From Candidatus Nealsonbacteria bacterium (GTDB lineage: Bacteria; Patescibacteriota; Minisyncoccia; Minisyncoccales; GWA2-38-27): 64,000 nucleotides of DNA. A program made the position numbers and the translations under genes. The DNA lies in contig JAUWWC010000001.1 in NCBI GenBank assembly GCA_030617105.1, positions 4,759 through 68,758 on the forward strand, in the 5' to 3' direction. Of the stretch, positions 1 to 9,173 are shown piece by piece. The notes beneath the pieces are model-generated. The model was not told where the DNA came from. It ran no database searches and was given only the letters and a program-made list of their open reading frames with translations. How positions within the stretch are numbered: the stretch's first letter is position 1; the number at the start of each line of letters is the position of its first letter.

Positions 1-13
1 CCACAGACATTGT

Positions 14-319
14 ATGAGAATTAAAAAAGGTGATACACTATTAATAATTTCTGGGAAAGACAGAGGACGAAAAGGCAAGGTTATAGAAGCTTTTCCAAAA
101 CAAGGCAAGGTTGTTGTTGAGGGTATTAATTTAAGAAAAAAACATATGAAGCCAAAAAAGTCTGGTGAGAAGGGTCAGATTGTAGAAACGCCTGGTCCTC
201 TTGATGTTTCAGATGTCAAACTTATTTGCCCTAAATGCGGAAAAGCAGTAAAGGTAGGATATAAAATAGAGGGGAAGAAGAAATACCGCATTTGCAAAAC
301 ATGCAAACAGGAAATATGA
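14..319 (+). CDS. rplX: 50S ribosomal protein L24 with C-terminal Cys-rich zinc-ribbon extension
   Basis: N-terminal KGDTLLIISGKDRGRKGKV KOW motif; position upstream of L5; C-terminal CPKCG...CKTC. Confidence 0.85.
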   Translation: MRIKKGDTLLIISGKDRGRKGKVIEAFPKQGKVVVEGINLRKKHMKPKKSGEKGQIVETPGPLDVSDVKLICPKCGKAVKVGYKIEGKKKYRICKTCKQEI

Positions 320-879
320 TTATTAAATTAAAAGAAAAATATATAAAAGAAGTAATACCTGCTATGATGGAGAAGTTTGGCTATAAAAACAGAATGGCTG
401 TTCCTAAGATTCAAAAGGTTGTAATAAATACTGGATTTGGCAGAATGATTGTTGGCAAGACCTCAGAAGAGCAGAAAAAGATTTACAAGCTTGTCTTAGA
501 TGATTTAAGTTTAATTTGCGCTCAAAAACCTGTCTTAACCAAGGCAAAAAAGTCAATTTCTGGATTTAAGACAAGACAGGGAATGTCAATCGGGGCTAAG
601 ATTACTTTACGAGGCAGAAAAATGTATGATTTTTTAGAGAGAGTAATCCATATTGCTATTCCTCGTTTTCGGGATTTTCGAGGCATTGACTTGAAATCTT
701 TTGATAAACAAGGGAACCTTACAATTGCTGTTAAAGAACATATTGTCTTTCCTGAAGTTTCTTCAGAAAAAGCTAAGAATATTTTTGGCTTTGAGATTAC
801 CGTGGTTACTACAGCAAAGAACCGTGAACAAAATATAGAATTGTTAAGATTACTAGGATTTCCAATAAAACATGGCTAA
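316..879 (+). CDS. rplE: 50S ribosomal protein L5
   Basis: MIIKLKEKY...[13 protein letters not shown]5 signature; ATGA overlap with rplX stop, so start trimmed from the track ORF (292) to 316. Confidence 0.85.
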   Translation: MIIKLKEKYIKEVIPAMMEKFGYKNRMAVPKIQKVVINTGFGRMIVGKTSEEQKKIYKLVLDDLSLICAQKPVLTKAKKSISGFKTRQGMSIGAKITLRGRKMYDFLERVIHIAIPRFRDFRGIDLKSFDKQGNLTIAVKEHIVFPEVSSEKAKNIFGFEITVVTTAKNREQNIELLRLLGFPIKHG

Positions 880-1057
880 GAAATCACAAATCGCAAAATC
901 AAAGAGAAAACCCAAGTTTAGCACAAGAACTGTTCGCCGCTGTTTTAGATGTGGACGAAGAAGAGCGTATATGAGAAAATTTGGACTGTGTCGTATATGT
1001 TTTAGGGAATTAGCGAATAAGGGAGAAATACCCGGCGTTAAAAAAAGTAGCTGGTAA
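872..1057 (+). CDS. rpsZ: 30S ribosomal protein S14 type Z (zinc-binding, 61 aa)
   Basis: 61 aa, CxxC...CxxC ([20 protein letters not shown]); between L5 and S8. Confidence 0.85.
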   Translation: MAKKSQIAKSKRKPKFSTRTVRRCFRCGRRRAYMRKFGLCRICFRELANKGEIPGVKKSSW

Positions 1058-1061
1058 TTTT

Positions 1062-1442
1062 ATGACTGATCCAATAGCAGATATGTTAAATAGAATAAGA
1101 AATGCTCAGGCTGTTTCTAAAGAAATAGTGGATATTCCTTTTTCTAATTTAAAATATGAGATTGCTAAGATTCTAGAAAAACAGGGATTTGTTGACAAAG
1201 TAGAGAAAAAAGGAAGGAAGTCAAGAAAAGCCCTTGAGATTACTTTGAAATATCCTGCTGCGATTTCTGGTTTAAGAAGAATTTCAAAACTAGGCCAAAG
1301 AATTTATACTAGTAGCAAAGAGATTAAACAAACTCGAGGAGGTTATGGCATAAGCATAATCTCTACGCCAAAGGGATTAATGACGAATAAAGAGGCAAAG
1401 AAGAAGAAACTAGGCGGAGAAATTATATGCGAAATATGGTAA
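1062..1442 (+). CDS. rpsH: 30S ribosomal protein S8
   Basis: MTDPIADMLNRIRNA S8 N-terminus; spc order. Confidence 0.85.
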   Translation: MTDPIADMLNRIRNAQAVSKEIVDIPFSNLKYEIAKILEKQGFVDKVEKKGRKSRKALEITLKYPAAISGLRRISKLGQRIYTSSKEIKQTRGGYGISIISTPKGLMTNKEAKKKKLGGEIICEIW

Positions 1443-1446
1443 AAAT

Positions 1447-2013
1447 ATGTCAAGAATAGGTAAAAAACCAATTGAAATGCCAGAAGGCGTTGAAGTCAAG
1501 ATAGAAGATAATATGGTGACTGTTAAAGGTCCGAAGGGAGAACTTCAAAAAGAGATTCGTCCCGAGATTAAAGTTGAAATAAAAGATAATGAGATTCTTG
1601 TTAGTCCTGAGAAAGAAACCAAGAGAACAAAGGCATTTTGGGGTTTGAGCAGAACCCTTATCTCAAACATGATAGAAGGAGTTACTAAAGGTTATGAAAA
1701 GAAATTAGAAATCCAAGGTGTTGGTTATAAAGCTAATTTAGAAGGAGAGGATTTGGTTTTACAGGTAGGCTTTTCCCATCCAACGAACATAAAGAAACCA
1801 GAAGGCATAGAGTTTTCAGTAGAGAAAAACATTATTACTGTTTCTGGGATTAATAAAGAACTTGTTGGTCAAACTGCTGCTAAAATCAGAAAAGTCAGAA
1901 AACCTGAACCTTACAAGGGTAAGGGGATAAGATATTTGGGTGAGGAGGTTCGGAGAAAACCGGGCAAGAAAGTAGCAACCACTGAGGGCGCAGCAGGAGC
2001 AGCAGCGAAATAA
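1447..2013 (+). CDS. rplF: 50S ribosomal protein L6
   Basis: MSRIGKKPIEMPEGVEVK... L6 signature; spc order. Confidence 0.85.
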   Translation: MSRIGKKPIEMPEGVEVKIEDNMVTVKGPKGELQKEIRPEIKVEIKDNEILVSPEKETKRTKAFWGLSRTLISNMIEGVTKGYEKKLEIQGVGYKANLEGEDLVLQVGFSHPTNIKKPEGIEFSVEKNIITVSGINKELVGQTAAKIRKVRKPEPYKGKGIRYLGEEVRRKPGKKVATTEGAAGAAAK

Positions 2014-2014
2014 A

Positions 2015-2047
2015 AAGGCACCAAACCAGATTGATGTTCGGTGCCTT
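2015..2047. terminator. 8-bp GC-containing hairpin (AAGGCACC/GGTGCCTT) between convergent rplF and antisense small ORF; T-run only on the minus-strand side
   Basis: Perfect 8-bp stem read directly; the minus strand continues TTTTATTT after the stem, the plus strand has no T-run. Confidence 0.45.
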
Positions 2048-2065
2048 AAAGAGCTGAAAGTAGCA

Positions 2066-2269
2066 TTAAGCTACACTATTGGAGTAGGAATCATTCTTTA
2101 GGGCCAGTTTACCACCTAAAATGAATAGAGGTATCCCTACAAAAATTACTACCGCTATTGCAATAAATAGACTTTTCGGTTCTCGCGGTAGTACAGGGCA
2201 AAGGAATAATCCTCCCATTGACCCCCAAATCATTAATCCGATCCCAAACCAAAACTTAAACTTACACAT
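2066..2269 (-). CDS. small hydrophobic membrane protein (67 aa), antisense insertion between rplF and rplR
   Basis: Two predicted TM helices; own minus-strand TTGACA-N17-TAAAAT promoter upstream (about 2393-2350) and hairpin+T-run downstream; no homology recognised. Confidence 0.35.
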   Translation of the reverse strand: MCKFKFWFGIGLMIWGSMGGLFLCPVLPREPKSLFIAIAVVIFVGIPLFILGGKLALKNDSYSNSVA

Positions 2270-2386
2270 TTTTAATACCTCCTTTCAAAAGAACAATTTT
2301 TCATTTTTCGATACTAATATCAGTATAACAAATTAAATTATGGTTGTCAAGGGTTTAAAACAAAATTTTAGTAAAAATAGAGTAAA

Positions 2387-2429
2387 TTGTCAAAAAGGGC
2401 TTGACAAAGGTTTTTGGTTTGCTAAAATA
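2387..2429. promoter_or_regulatory. back-to-back divergent promoters sharing palindromic -35 pair TTGTCAA-N7-TTGACAA; plus-strand TTGACA(2401-2406)-N17-TAAAAT(2424-2429) for rplR operon
   Basis: Sigma70-like hexamers with 16-17 bp spacing on both strands read directly. Confidence 0.45.
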
Positions 2430-2484
2430 AATATAGTTAATCCCACCGCTCTCTCGGTTCGCCGGGACGGCGGTTTTAATTTTT

Positions 2485-2805
2485 ATGTTAGAGAAACAGG
2501 AAAAAAGAAAAAGGCGGCATAGGAGGGTGAGAGCAAAGATAAAAGGTACAGCTAAAGTTCCACGTCTTTGCGTTTTTAGATCTTCTAAACATATTTATGC
2601 GCAATTGATTGATGATGAAAAAGGAAAAACTTTATTCGCTGCTAATGGGAAACTTACTGCTGCTAATGAAGTAGGCAAATTAATTGCTAAGAAAGCAATT
2701 GAGAAGAAAATAAATAGAGTTGTGTTTGACAGAGGAGGATATAAATATCATGGCAAGGTTAAGGCCTTAGCAGATGGGGCCAGGGAGGCTGGATTGAAGT
2801 TTTAA
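2485..2805 (+). CDS. rplR: 50S ribosomal protein L18
   Basis: [13 protein letters not shown]...[16 protein letters not shown]18 signature. Confidence 0.8.
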   Translation: MLEKQEKRKRRHRRVRAKIKGTAKVPRLCVFRSSKHIYAQLIDDEKGKTLFAANGKLTAANEVGKLIAKKAIEKKINRVVFDRGGYKYHGKVKALADGAREAGLKF

Positions 2806-2814
2806 TTTTTTAAT

Positions 2815-3321
2815 ATGTTTATTCAAAAAAGACAATTTAGAAGAAGAACATTTGAAAAGAAAAAAGAAGAGTTTGACTCAAAACTCTTGGATTTGGCGCG
2901 TGTCACCCGGGTAACAGCTGGTGGTCGACGTCTTCGCTTTCGGGCAGCAATGGTGATTGGAGACAAGAAAGCAAGAGTTGGTTTTGGAATAGCTAAAGGA
3001 AAAGATGTTGCTCAAGCAGTAGAAAAAGCAACCAGAAAGGCTAAGAAAAACTTGATTAAGGTCCTAATTGTGAATGAGACAATTCCCCATCCAGTAGAAG
3101 CAAAATTTGGAGCAGCCAGAGTTATGTTAAAACCTCAAAGGAAAGGGAGAGGATTGGTAGCAGGAGGAACCATCCGGATTATCTGCACTTTGGCTGGGAT
3201 AAAGAACATTTCTTCAAAAATTATTGGTAGAACAGGAAACAAAATTAATAATGCTAAAGCTACAATTAAAGCGTTAAAAGAATTAAAACATGCAGATACA
3301 TCAACTAAAACCAAAACATAA
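2815..3321 (+). CDS. rpsE: 30S ribosomal protein S5
   Basis: LLDLARVTRVTAGGRRLRFRAAMVIGD S5 dsRBD signature. Confidence 0.85.
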   Translation: MFIQKRQFRRRTFEKKKEEFDSKLLDLARVTRVTAGGRRLRFRAAMVIGDKKARVGFGIAKGKDVAQAVEKATRKAKKNLIKVLIVNETIPHPVEAKFGAARVMLKPQRKGRGLVAGGTIRIICTLAGIKNISSKIIGRTGNKINNAKATIKALKELKHADTSTKTKT

Positions 3322-3712
3322 ATTAAAGAAGAAGAAACGAATAGGACGCGGTGGAAAAAGAGGCACTTATTCTGGCAAAGGAATTAAGGGACAGAAATCC
3401 AGAGCTGGCAGGAAGTTTGCTCCAGTTATCAGAGAATTGATAAAGAAATACCCAAAATTAAGAGGTTATAAATCTAAAAAACGAGATAAGAATCTTGCAA
3501 ATGTTAATATTGGAGATTTAGACAAGAAATTTAAAGAATCAGAGGTTGTGAATCCAAGGGTCTTGATTGAAAAGAGATTAATCCGTAGAATAAAAGGAAA
3601 GATACCTAAAGTAAAGATTTTGGGCAGAGGAGAATTGACAAAGAAGCTGACTATTAAGAATTGCGAAATGTCAAAAAGCGCAAAAGAAAAAATAAATAAT
3701 TATGCTGAATAA
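3290..3712 (+). CDS. rplO: 50S ribosomal protein L15 (directly follows S5; no L30 gene)
   Basis: KRIGRGGKRGTYSGKGIKGQKSRAG L15 signature; overlaps rpsE 3' end. Confidence 0.8.
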   Translation: MQIHQLKPKHKLKKKKRIGRGGKRGTYSGKGIKGQKSRAGRKFAPVIRELIKKYPKLRGYKSKKRDKNLANVNIGDLDKKFKESEVVNPRVLIEKRLIRRIKGKIPKVKILGRGELTKKLTIKNCEMSKSAKEKINNYAE

Positions 3713-4994
3713 ATTACTTCAAGTATTTAAAATAAAAGATTTACGCAAGAAGATTTTGTTTGTTTTAGTGATTTTTGCTATTTTTAGATTAATGGCAAGT
3801 ATTCCAATGCCAGGAGTTAATGCTGAAAACTTAGAGAAATTCTTTGCCAGATTTAAGATGATGGGATTTGTAAGTATTCTTACGGGTGGAGCTCTGAGCA
3901 GATTTTCTATTATTATGCTTGGCATAGGTCCATATATTACTTCAGTTATTATCTTACAGCTTTTAACAATGATTTTTCCTCAGTTAGAGAAAATGTATAA
4001 AGAGGAAGGAGAGGCTGGTCGTAGAAAATTTAATCAATACGGAAGATTGCTAACCATTCCTTTAGCTTTTCTTCAGGGATATGCAATGCTGTCTTGGCTG
4101 CAGCGGCCGCCAGATCCAGTGATTTCTCCTCCGCTTGGCTTATCTGGCACCTTAACTGCTCTTTTAATTATTACTGCAGGAACTGTATTCTTAATGTGGT
4201 TAGGGGAGTTAATCACAGAAAAAGGGATTGGCAATGGAGTTTCCCTTTTAATTTTCGCTGGGATTATTGCCAGTTTCCCAATGAGTATTTTCCAGGCATA
4301 TCAGGATATTTCTCTTGATCCGGCTAAAATCCCTAATTATTTACTATTTTTTGCAATGGCCTTACTTATTGTTACTGGAGTTGTTTTAATTACTGAAGCC
4401 AGGCGCAATATACCAGTTTCTTATGCTAAAAGAGTTAGAGGAACTAAAATGTATGGGGGAGTTTCTACTTATCTGCCTATGAACCTTAATCCAGCTGGAG
4501 TAATCCCTATAATCTTTGCTATGTCAATTTTGCTTTTTCCTGAAATGATTGCTAATTTCTTAGGAGGGACAGCAGGGATGGTAGGTAATGTTGCTGCTAA
4601 CGTAGCTGTTTTTCTGGGAAATCCCTGGGTTCGTGGAAGCCTATACTTTCTCTTGGTTGTGCTTTTCACTTATTTTTATACTGCTGTTACTTTTGACCCG
4701 AAAGCAATTTCCGCGAATCTTCAGAAAATGGGTGGATTTGTGCCAGGCATAAGACCAGGAGAGTCAACTGCTAAATTTATCAAATATATTTTAAATCGGG
4801 TTTTACTGATTGGAGCTTTATTTCTTGCTACAATTGCTGTAATGCCGTCTATTGTTGGAGGAATTACCAGAGTAGAAAATGTTTTTCAGTTCTTTATTGG
4901 AGGAACAGCTTTGTTAATTGTAGTATCAGTTGTTTTGGAAACAATGAAGCAGATTAATTCTCAGCTTCAAATGCGCGAATACGATACATTTTAA
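3702..4994 (+). CDS. secY: preprotein translocase subunit SecY
   Basis: 10 TM segments; conserved SecY layout after L15. Confidence 0.9.
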   Translation: MLNKLLQVFKIKDLRKKILFVLVIFAIFRLMASIPMPGVNAENLEKFFARFKMMGFVSILTGGALSRFSIIMLGIGPYITSVIILQLLTMIFPQLEKMYKEEGEAGRRKFNQYGRLLTIPLAFLQGYAMLSWLQRPPDPVISPPLGLSGTLTALLIITAGTVFLMWLGELITEKGIGNGVSLLIFAGIIASFPMSIFQAYQDISLDPAKIPNYLLFFAMALLIVTGVVLITEARRNIPVSYAKRVRGTKMYGGVSTYLPMNLNPAGVIPIIFAMSILLFPEMIANFLGGTAGMVGNVAANVAVFLGNPWVRGSLYFLLVVLFTYFYTAVTFDPKAISANLQKMGGFVPGIRPGESTAKFIKYILNRVLLIGALFLATIAVMPSIVGGITRVENVFQFFIGGTALLIVVSVVLETMKQINSQLQMREYDTF

Positions 4995-4998
4995 AATT

Positions 4999-5688
4999 AT
5001 GAAAAAACAAGTTATCATTATTCTTGGACCGCCTGGAGCAGGAAAAGGCACTCAAGCCGAGCTTTTAGCTGATAAGCTCAGCTTATATTACTTTGAGACA
5101 AGCAAGATATTAGAGCAGAAATTTAAAGAACCAGATAAGAATTCTATTGAGATTGAAGGAAAGAAATATGATGTTTTGAAAGAAAAGAAATTATGGGAAG
5201 ATGGCATTCTTTGCAGTCCTCCTTTTGTTAGTTATTTAGTAATGGAAAGAGTAAAAAAATTGGCAGGGGAGGGAGAAAGCTTAGTTTTGGCTGGATCTCC
5301 AAGAACCCTATATGAAGGAGAAAGGGTAACTCCTTTGTTAAAAGAGCTTTATGGGCCAGAAAATATTAAAGTGTTTTTGATTGATATTAGCGCTGAAGAA
5401 ACCATTTTTAGAAATACTCATAGAAGGATTTGCGAGTTGATGCGTCATCCAGTTTTGTATAACAAAGAAACAGAGAATCTAAAAATATGTTCTTTAGATG
5501 GTTCTAAATTAATCAGAAGAAAAGGATTAGACGATCCAGAAACTATTAAAGTTCGGCTCAAACAATATAGGGAAAGAACCTTTCCTTTGATTGAACTTTT
5601 TGGAAAACAAGGCATAAAAGTAAACAAAATCAATGGCGAACAATCAGTATCTGATGTTCACAAAGACATTCTAAAAGCAATTAGATGA
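4999..5688 (+). CDS. adk: adenylate kinase
   Basis: P-loop ILGPPGAGKGTQAELL; position after secY. Confidence 0.85.
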   Translation: MKKQVIIILGPPGAGKGTQAELLADKLSLYYFETSKILEQKFKEPDKNSIEIEGKKYDVLKEKKLWEDGILCSPPFVSYLVMERVKKLAGEGESLVLAGSPRTLYEGERVTPLLKELYGPENIKVFLIDISAEETIFRNTHRRICELMRHPVLYNKETENLKICSLDGSKLIRRKGLDDPETIKVRLKQYRERTFPLIELFGKQGIKVNKINGEQSVSDVHKDILKAIR

Positions 5689-6434
5689 TTTCAATAAAAA
5701 CAGAAAAAGAGATTAAGATAATGAGACAGGGTGGGAAGATTTTGGCAGAGATTATGGCAGAACTGGAAAAGAGGGTTGAGCCAGGTATTACCACCAAGTA
5801 TTTAGACAAGGTCGCAACCGACCTTGTTTTAAAATATGGAGCAAAGCCGTCTTTTAAAAACCATCAGGGTTTTCCAGATGCTCTTTGTACTTCAATAAAT
5901 GAAGAGCTTGTCCATTGCATCCCTTCTAACAGAAAATTACAGCAAGGGGATATAATTTCTCTTGATTTGGGTATTTTTTTTAAAGGATTCCATACTGATA
6001 TGGCAATTACAGTTCCAGTTGGAAAAGCTTGTCCAGACGCATTAAGAATAATTAGAGTAACCAAAAAGGCATTAAAAAGAGGAATAAAAAAGGTTAGGCC
6101 AGGCAAAACATTTGGCGATGTAGGCAACACGATTCAGAGATATGTTGAAGACCAGGGATTTAATGTAGTTAGAGATCTTTGCGGTCATGGAATTGGAAAA
6201 GAACTTCATGAAGAGCCACAGGTGCAAAATTATGGTAAAAGAAGAGCAGGTCCTGAAATAAAGCAAGGAATGTGTTTTTGCATTGAGCCGATGGTGGCAA
6301 TAAAAGATTGGCATTTGAAAAAAGCCAAAGACGGCTATGGCTTCCAAACCCGCGACAACTCTCTTTGCGCTCATTTTGAACACACCCTTGCTGTAACCCA
6401 AACCGGCTGCGATGTATTGACAGGTTTAAGATAA
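5685..6434 (+). CDS. map: methionine aminopeptidase type I
   Basis: pita-bread fold motifs (HGIG...E...HFEHT); after adk. Confidence 0.85.
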   Translation: MISIKTEKEIKIMRQGGKILAEIMAELEKRVEPGITTKYLDKVATDLVLKYGAKPSFKNHQGFPDALCTSINEELVHCIPSNRKLQQGDIISLDLGIFFKGFHTDMAITVPVGKACPDALRIIRVTKKALKRGIKKVRPGKTFGDVGNTIQRYVEDQGFNVVRDLCGHGIGKELHEEPQVQNYGKRRAGPEIKQGMCFCIEPMVAIKDWHLKKAKDGYGFQTRDNSLCAHFEHTLAVTQTGCDVLTGLR

Positions 6435-6502
6435 TTTGTTATCATATAAATATCGTTCTTGAAAAAGTAAATACGGAAAGTTTATAAAGAAAGGAAAAAA
6501 AG

Positions 6503-6772
6503 ATGCTGTATATATGTCCAGAATGTAAAACAGAGATTATAATACAAAGATTTTGTTCAAAATGTGGAAAAAAAAGAGTGCCAGCGTTATATCCTCGTTG
6601 TAAATGGTGCTGGAAAACTCTTTGGCCGCATGAAAATTTTTGCACAAGATGCGGACGATCACGTGACGAAGCGCTCAATACTTCCCCTCCGTCTATCAGA
6701 ATTCGTATCAAAGCATGGATATTTGTTTTGTTTGGCAAAAAGGTTGTTCAATCTAAGCAAAACGCTCATTAA
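6503..6772 (+). CDS. small multi-zinc-ribbon protein (three CxxC...CxxC pairs)
   Basis: CPECK...CSKCG, CKWC...CTRCG pairs; followed by strong terminator. Confidence 0.45.
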   Translation: MLYICPECKTEIIIQRFCSKCGKKRVPALYPRCKWCWKTLWPHENFCTRCGRSRDEALNTSPPSIRIRIKAWIFVLFGKKVVQSKQNAH

Positions 6773-6798
6773 AAGCTCGAGTTATAAACTTGCGCTAA

Positions 6799-6830
6799 AG
6801 TCCATTCGTTGAATGGACTTTTTTATTTTT
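6799..6830 (+). terminator. rho-independent terminator (9-bp stem AGTCCATTC/GAATGGACT + T-run)
   Basis: Stem-loop followed by TTTTTTATTTTT read directly. Confidence 0.7.
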
Positions 6831-6855
6831 GGAAATTTTGTGGTAGAATAAAACA

Positions 6856-7902
6856 ATGGTTAAAAAGACTAAAAAGCAAAAACTAAAATTTCCTTCAGAA
6901 CTGAGGATGGATTTAGTTAGTGAAGATTGGGTTGTTATTGCTACTGGCAGAGCAAGAAGACCGGAAACTTTTAAGAAAGAAAAAAGAACTTCTGAAAAAG
7001 TTTCTAAAAAAACTTGTCCTTTTTGCAAGATTAACGGTAAAGAAAGACCAAGTCTTGTTTTTTCTCATGGTAAAAAAGTTCTTTTTAAAACAGGAGAAAT
7101 GCCTAAGGGCTGGACAACTCTTGTTGTTCCTAATAAATTTCCAGCTTTTCTTCCTCATCCTAAATTAAATGAGCGGATAGAGGGCAAGTTATACAAAAAA
7201 ATGAACGCTGTTGGTTTTCACGAAATAGTAATTACTTGCGACCACAGAAAGCAAATGGCTCAATTTTCAGTAAAACAGGTTAAAGAGGTGTTTGATGTTT
7301 ATCAGGAAAGATATTTAAATTTAATGCCTAAAAAGTTTGTTAATCACATTTCTATTTTTCATAATCACGGCAAAGAAGCTGGAGCCTCAATTGTTCATCC
7401 TCACTCTCAAATCATCACCACTCCTCTTATTGATATTGACCTTCAACAGGCACTTTTGCGTGCTCAAAAATATTATAAGAGGAATAAGAAATGCATTTAC
7501 TGCCAGATGAATGAATGGGAGAGAAAATCCAAGAAAAGAATTGTTTTTGAAAATAAAGATTTTTTAGTAATTTGCCCTTTTGCTTCAAAAACTGCTTTTC
7601 AAGTTATTGTTTCGCCAAAAAAACATCTTGCCTGTTTTGAGCGAATAAAAGAAGAACAAAAATGGCAGTTAGCAGAAGCTTTTGGAATAGCTCTAAATAA
7701 GATTTACAAAGGTCTGAATGACCCTGCTTATAATTTTTATTTACATACTGCCCCTTCTGATTGCCGAAATCATAATTACTATCATTGGCACTGGACAATC
7801 TTGCCGAAAACCTCAACTTGGGCAGGATTTGAAATTGGCACCAGAATAGAGATATCTACAATTGAGCCTGAAAAAGCAGCAGAATATCTGAGAAAACAAT
7901 AA
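6856..7902 (+). CDS. galT: galactose-1-phosphate uridylyltransferase (HIT-family GalT-like)
   Basis: CPFC zinc site near N-terminus; VVPNKFPA; HGKEAGASIVHPHSQ (HxHxQ active-site motif). Confidence 0.65.
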   Translation: MVKKTKKQKLKFPSELRMDLVSEDWVVIATGRARRPETFKKEKRTSEKVSKKTCPFCKINGKERPSLVFSHGKKVLFKTGEMPKGWTTLVVPNKFPAFLPHPKLNERIEGKLYKKMNAVGFHEIVITCDHRKQMAQFSVKQVKEVFDVYQERYLNLMPKKFVNHISIFHNHGKEAGASIVHPHSQIITTPLIDIDLQQALLRAQKYYKRNKKCIYCQMNEWERKSKKRIVFENKDFLVICPFASKTAFQVIVSPKKHLACFERIKEEQKWQLAEAFGIALNKIYKGLNDPAYNFYLHTAPSDCRNHNYYHWHWTILPKTSTWAGFEIGTRIEISTIEPEKAAEYLRKQ

Positions 7903-7903
7903 T

Positions 7904-8614
7904 ATGAAACCACTTATTGTTGCAAATTGGAAATGTAATCCAATAACTCAATCTGAAGCTAAAGAGCTTTTTGATTCTATTTCCAAAGGTATTAAAGATA
8001 TTGAAAATGCAGAAACAGTAATCTGTCCGCCATTTATTTATTTGTCTTTATTAAAAGGATTAACTCTTGGAGCGCAGGATTGTTATTTTGAAGAAAAAGG
8101 AGCATATACTGGAGAAGTTTCTGCAGCAATGCTCAAGGATTTAGGCTGTCAGTATATTATTGTTGGTCATTCAGAAAGAAGAAAGCTTTTTGGAGAGAAA
8201 AACAATGATGTGAATAAAAAGGTTTTAGCTGTTTTGGATGCAGGTCTTATTCCTATTCTTTGTGTCGGAGAAACAGAACAAGAAAGAGAACAAGAAAAAA
8301 CAGAAGAGGTTTTGAAAGCAGAACTTGAGATAGGGCTTATTGATGTTCATGATGTGTCAAAAGTAATTGTAGCTTATGAGCCCATTTGGGCTATTGGGAC
8401 TGGCAACCCCTGTGATATAGAAGAAGCTCAGAGAATGAAAGGAATAATTCAAAAAATGGTTTCAAAGAATATTAGGATTCTTTATGGAGGAAGTGTTAAC
8501 AGCGAGAATGCAGAAGGATATTTAAAACAAGCTGAATTTAATGGTCTTCTTGTGGGCGGCGCTTCTTTAAAAGCAAAAGAGTTTATAAAGATAGTAAATA
8601 GGAGCTTATCTTGA
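7904..8614 (+). CDS. tpiA: triosephosphate isomerase
   Basis: ANWKCN, GHSERR, EPIWAIGTG TIM signatures. Confidence 0.85.
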   Translation: MKPLIVANWKCNPITQSEAKELFDSISKGIKDIENAETVICPPFIYLSLLKGLTLGAQDCYFEEKGAYTGEVSAAMLKDLGCQYIIVGHSERRKLFGEKNNDVNKKVLAVLDAGLIPILCVGETEQEREQEKTEEVLKAELEIGLIDVHDVSKVIVAYEPIWAIGTGNPCDIEEAQRMKGIIQKMVSKNIRILYGGSVNSENAEGYLKQAEFNGLLVGGASLKAKEFIKIVNRSLS

Positions 8615-8629
8615 TTTTAAAAGAGAATT

Positions 8630-9172
8630 TTGGTACAATGTTTCATTATGAATAACATAGATTTTAATGGACATTTCTATAATCCAACTAAGGGAAGTCT
8701 ATCAGTTAAGCAAGTAATTGAAGAAATAATAGGATATATTAAGGAAAAACCAGAAAAGTTTTATGACATTATTGTTGGATGTGATTCCTCTTCAGGAGAA
8801 GAGCCGCATTTTCCAGTTGCTGTGGCGGTTTTAAGAAAGGGCGAAGGAGGAAGGTTCTTTCTTAAAAGGATAAAATATCCCCGTGCTTTTAATAGAAAGT
8901 TTATTCATTGGAAAAACAGGATTTTACAAGAAGTTCTATTATCTTGTGAATTAGCTTTGTTCTTAAGAGAAGATTTTCAAAAGAGAATTCAACAAGTAGA
9001 TGATGGAAATCTTCAATATCAATTTAGATATATTCATGCTGATATTGGTGAAAATGGTCAGACAAAAGATATGGTAAAAGAATTAACTGGCCTTATTCGA
9101 GGCAATGGCTTTGAGCCCAAGATTAAACCAGAAGCATATGTAGCGTCTGTTGTAGCAGACCGATATTCATAA
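8630..9172 (+). CDS. YkuK/DUF458-like RNase H-fold protein (alternative start at 8648)
   Basis: IVGCDSSS motif resembling DUF458 ITVGTDSQ; assignment from memory only. Confidence 0.4.
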   Translation: MVQCFIMNNIDFNGHFYNPTKGSLSVKQVIEEIIGYIKEKPEKFYDIIVGCDSSSGEEPHFPVAVAVLRKGEGGRFFLKRIKYPRAFNRKFIHWKNRILQEVLLSCELALFLREDFQKRIQQVDDGNLQYQFRYIHADIGENGQTKDMVKELTGLIRGNGFEPKIKPEAYVASVVADRYS

Positions 9173-9173
9173 T

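Noticed and set aside
3719-6738. Antisense or alternate-frame ORFs inside secY, adk and map (3719..3925-, 4094..4318+, 4469..4669-, 5445..5633-, 5864..6130-, 6072..6401-, 6442..6738-)
   Set aside because: Embedded in well-supported housekeeping genes, with no RBS and no recognisable motifs. Treated as spurious.
6564-7168. Overlapping ORFs around the zinc-ribbon and galT genes (6564..6812+, 6795..7028-, 6913..7158-, 6920..7168+)
   Set aside because: Low-complexity K/F/L-rich translations of AT-rich DNA, overlapping better-supported genes.
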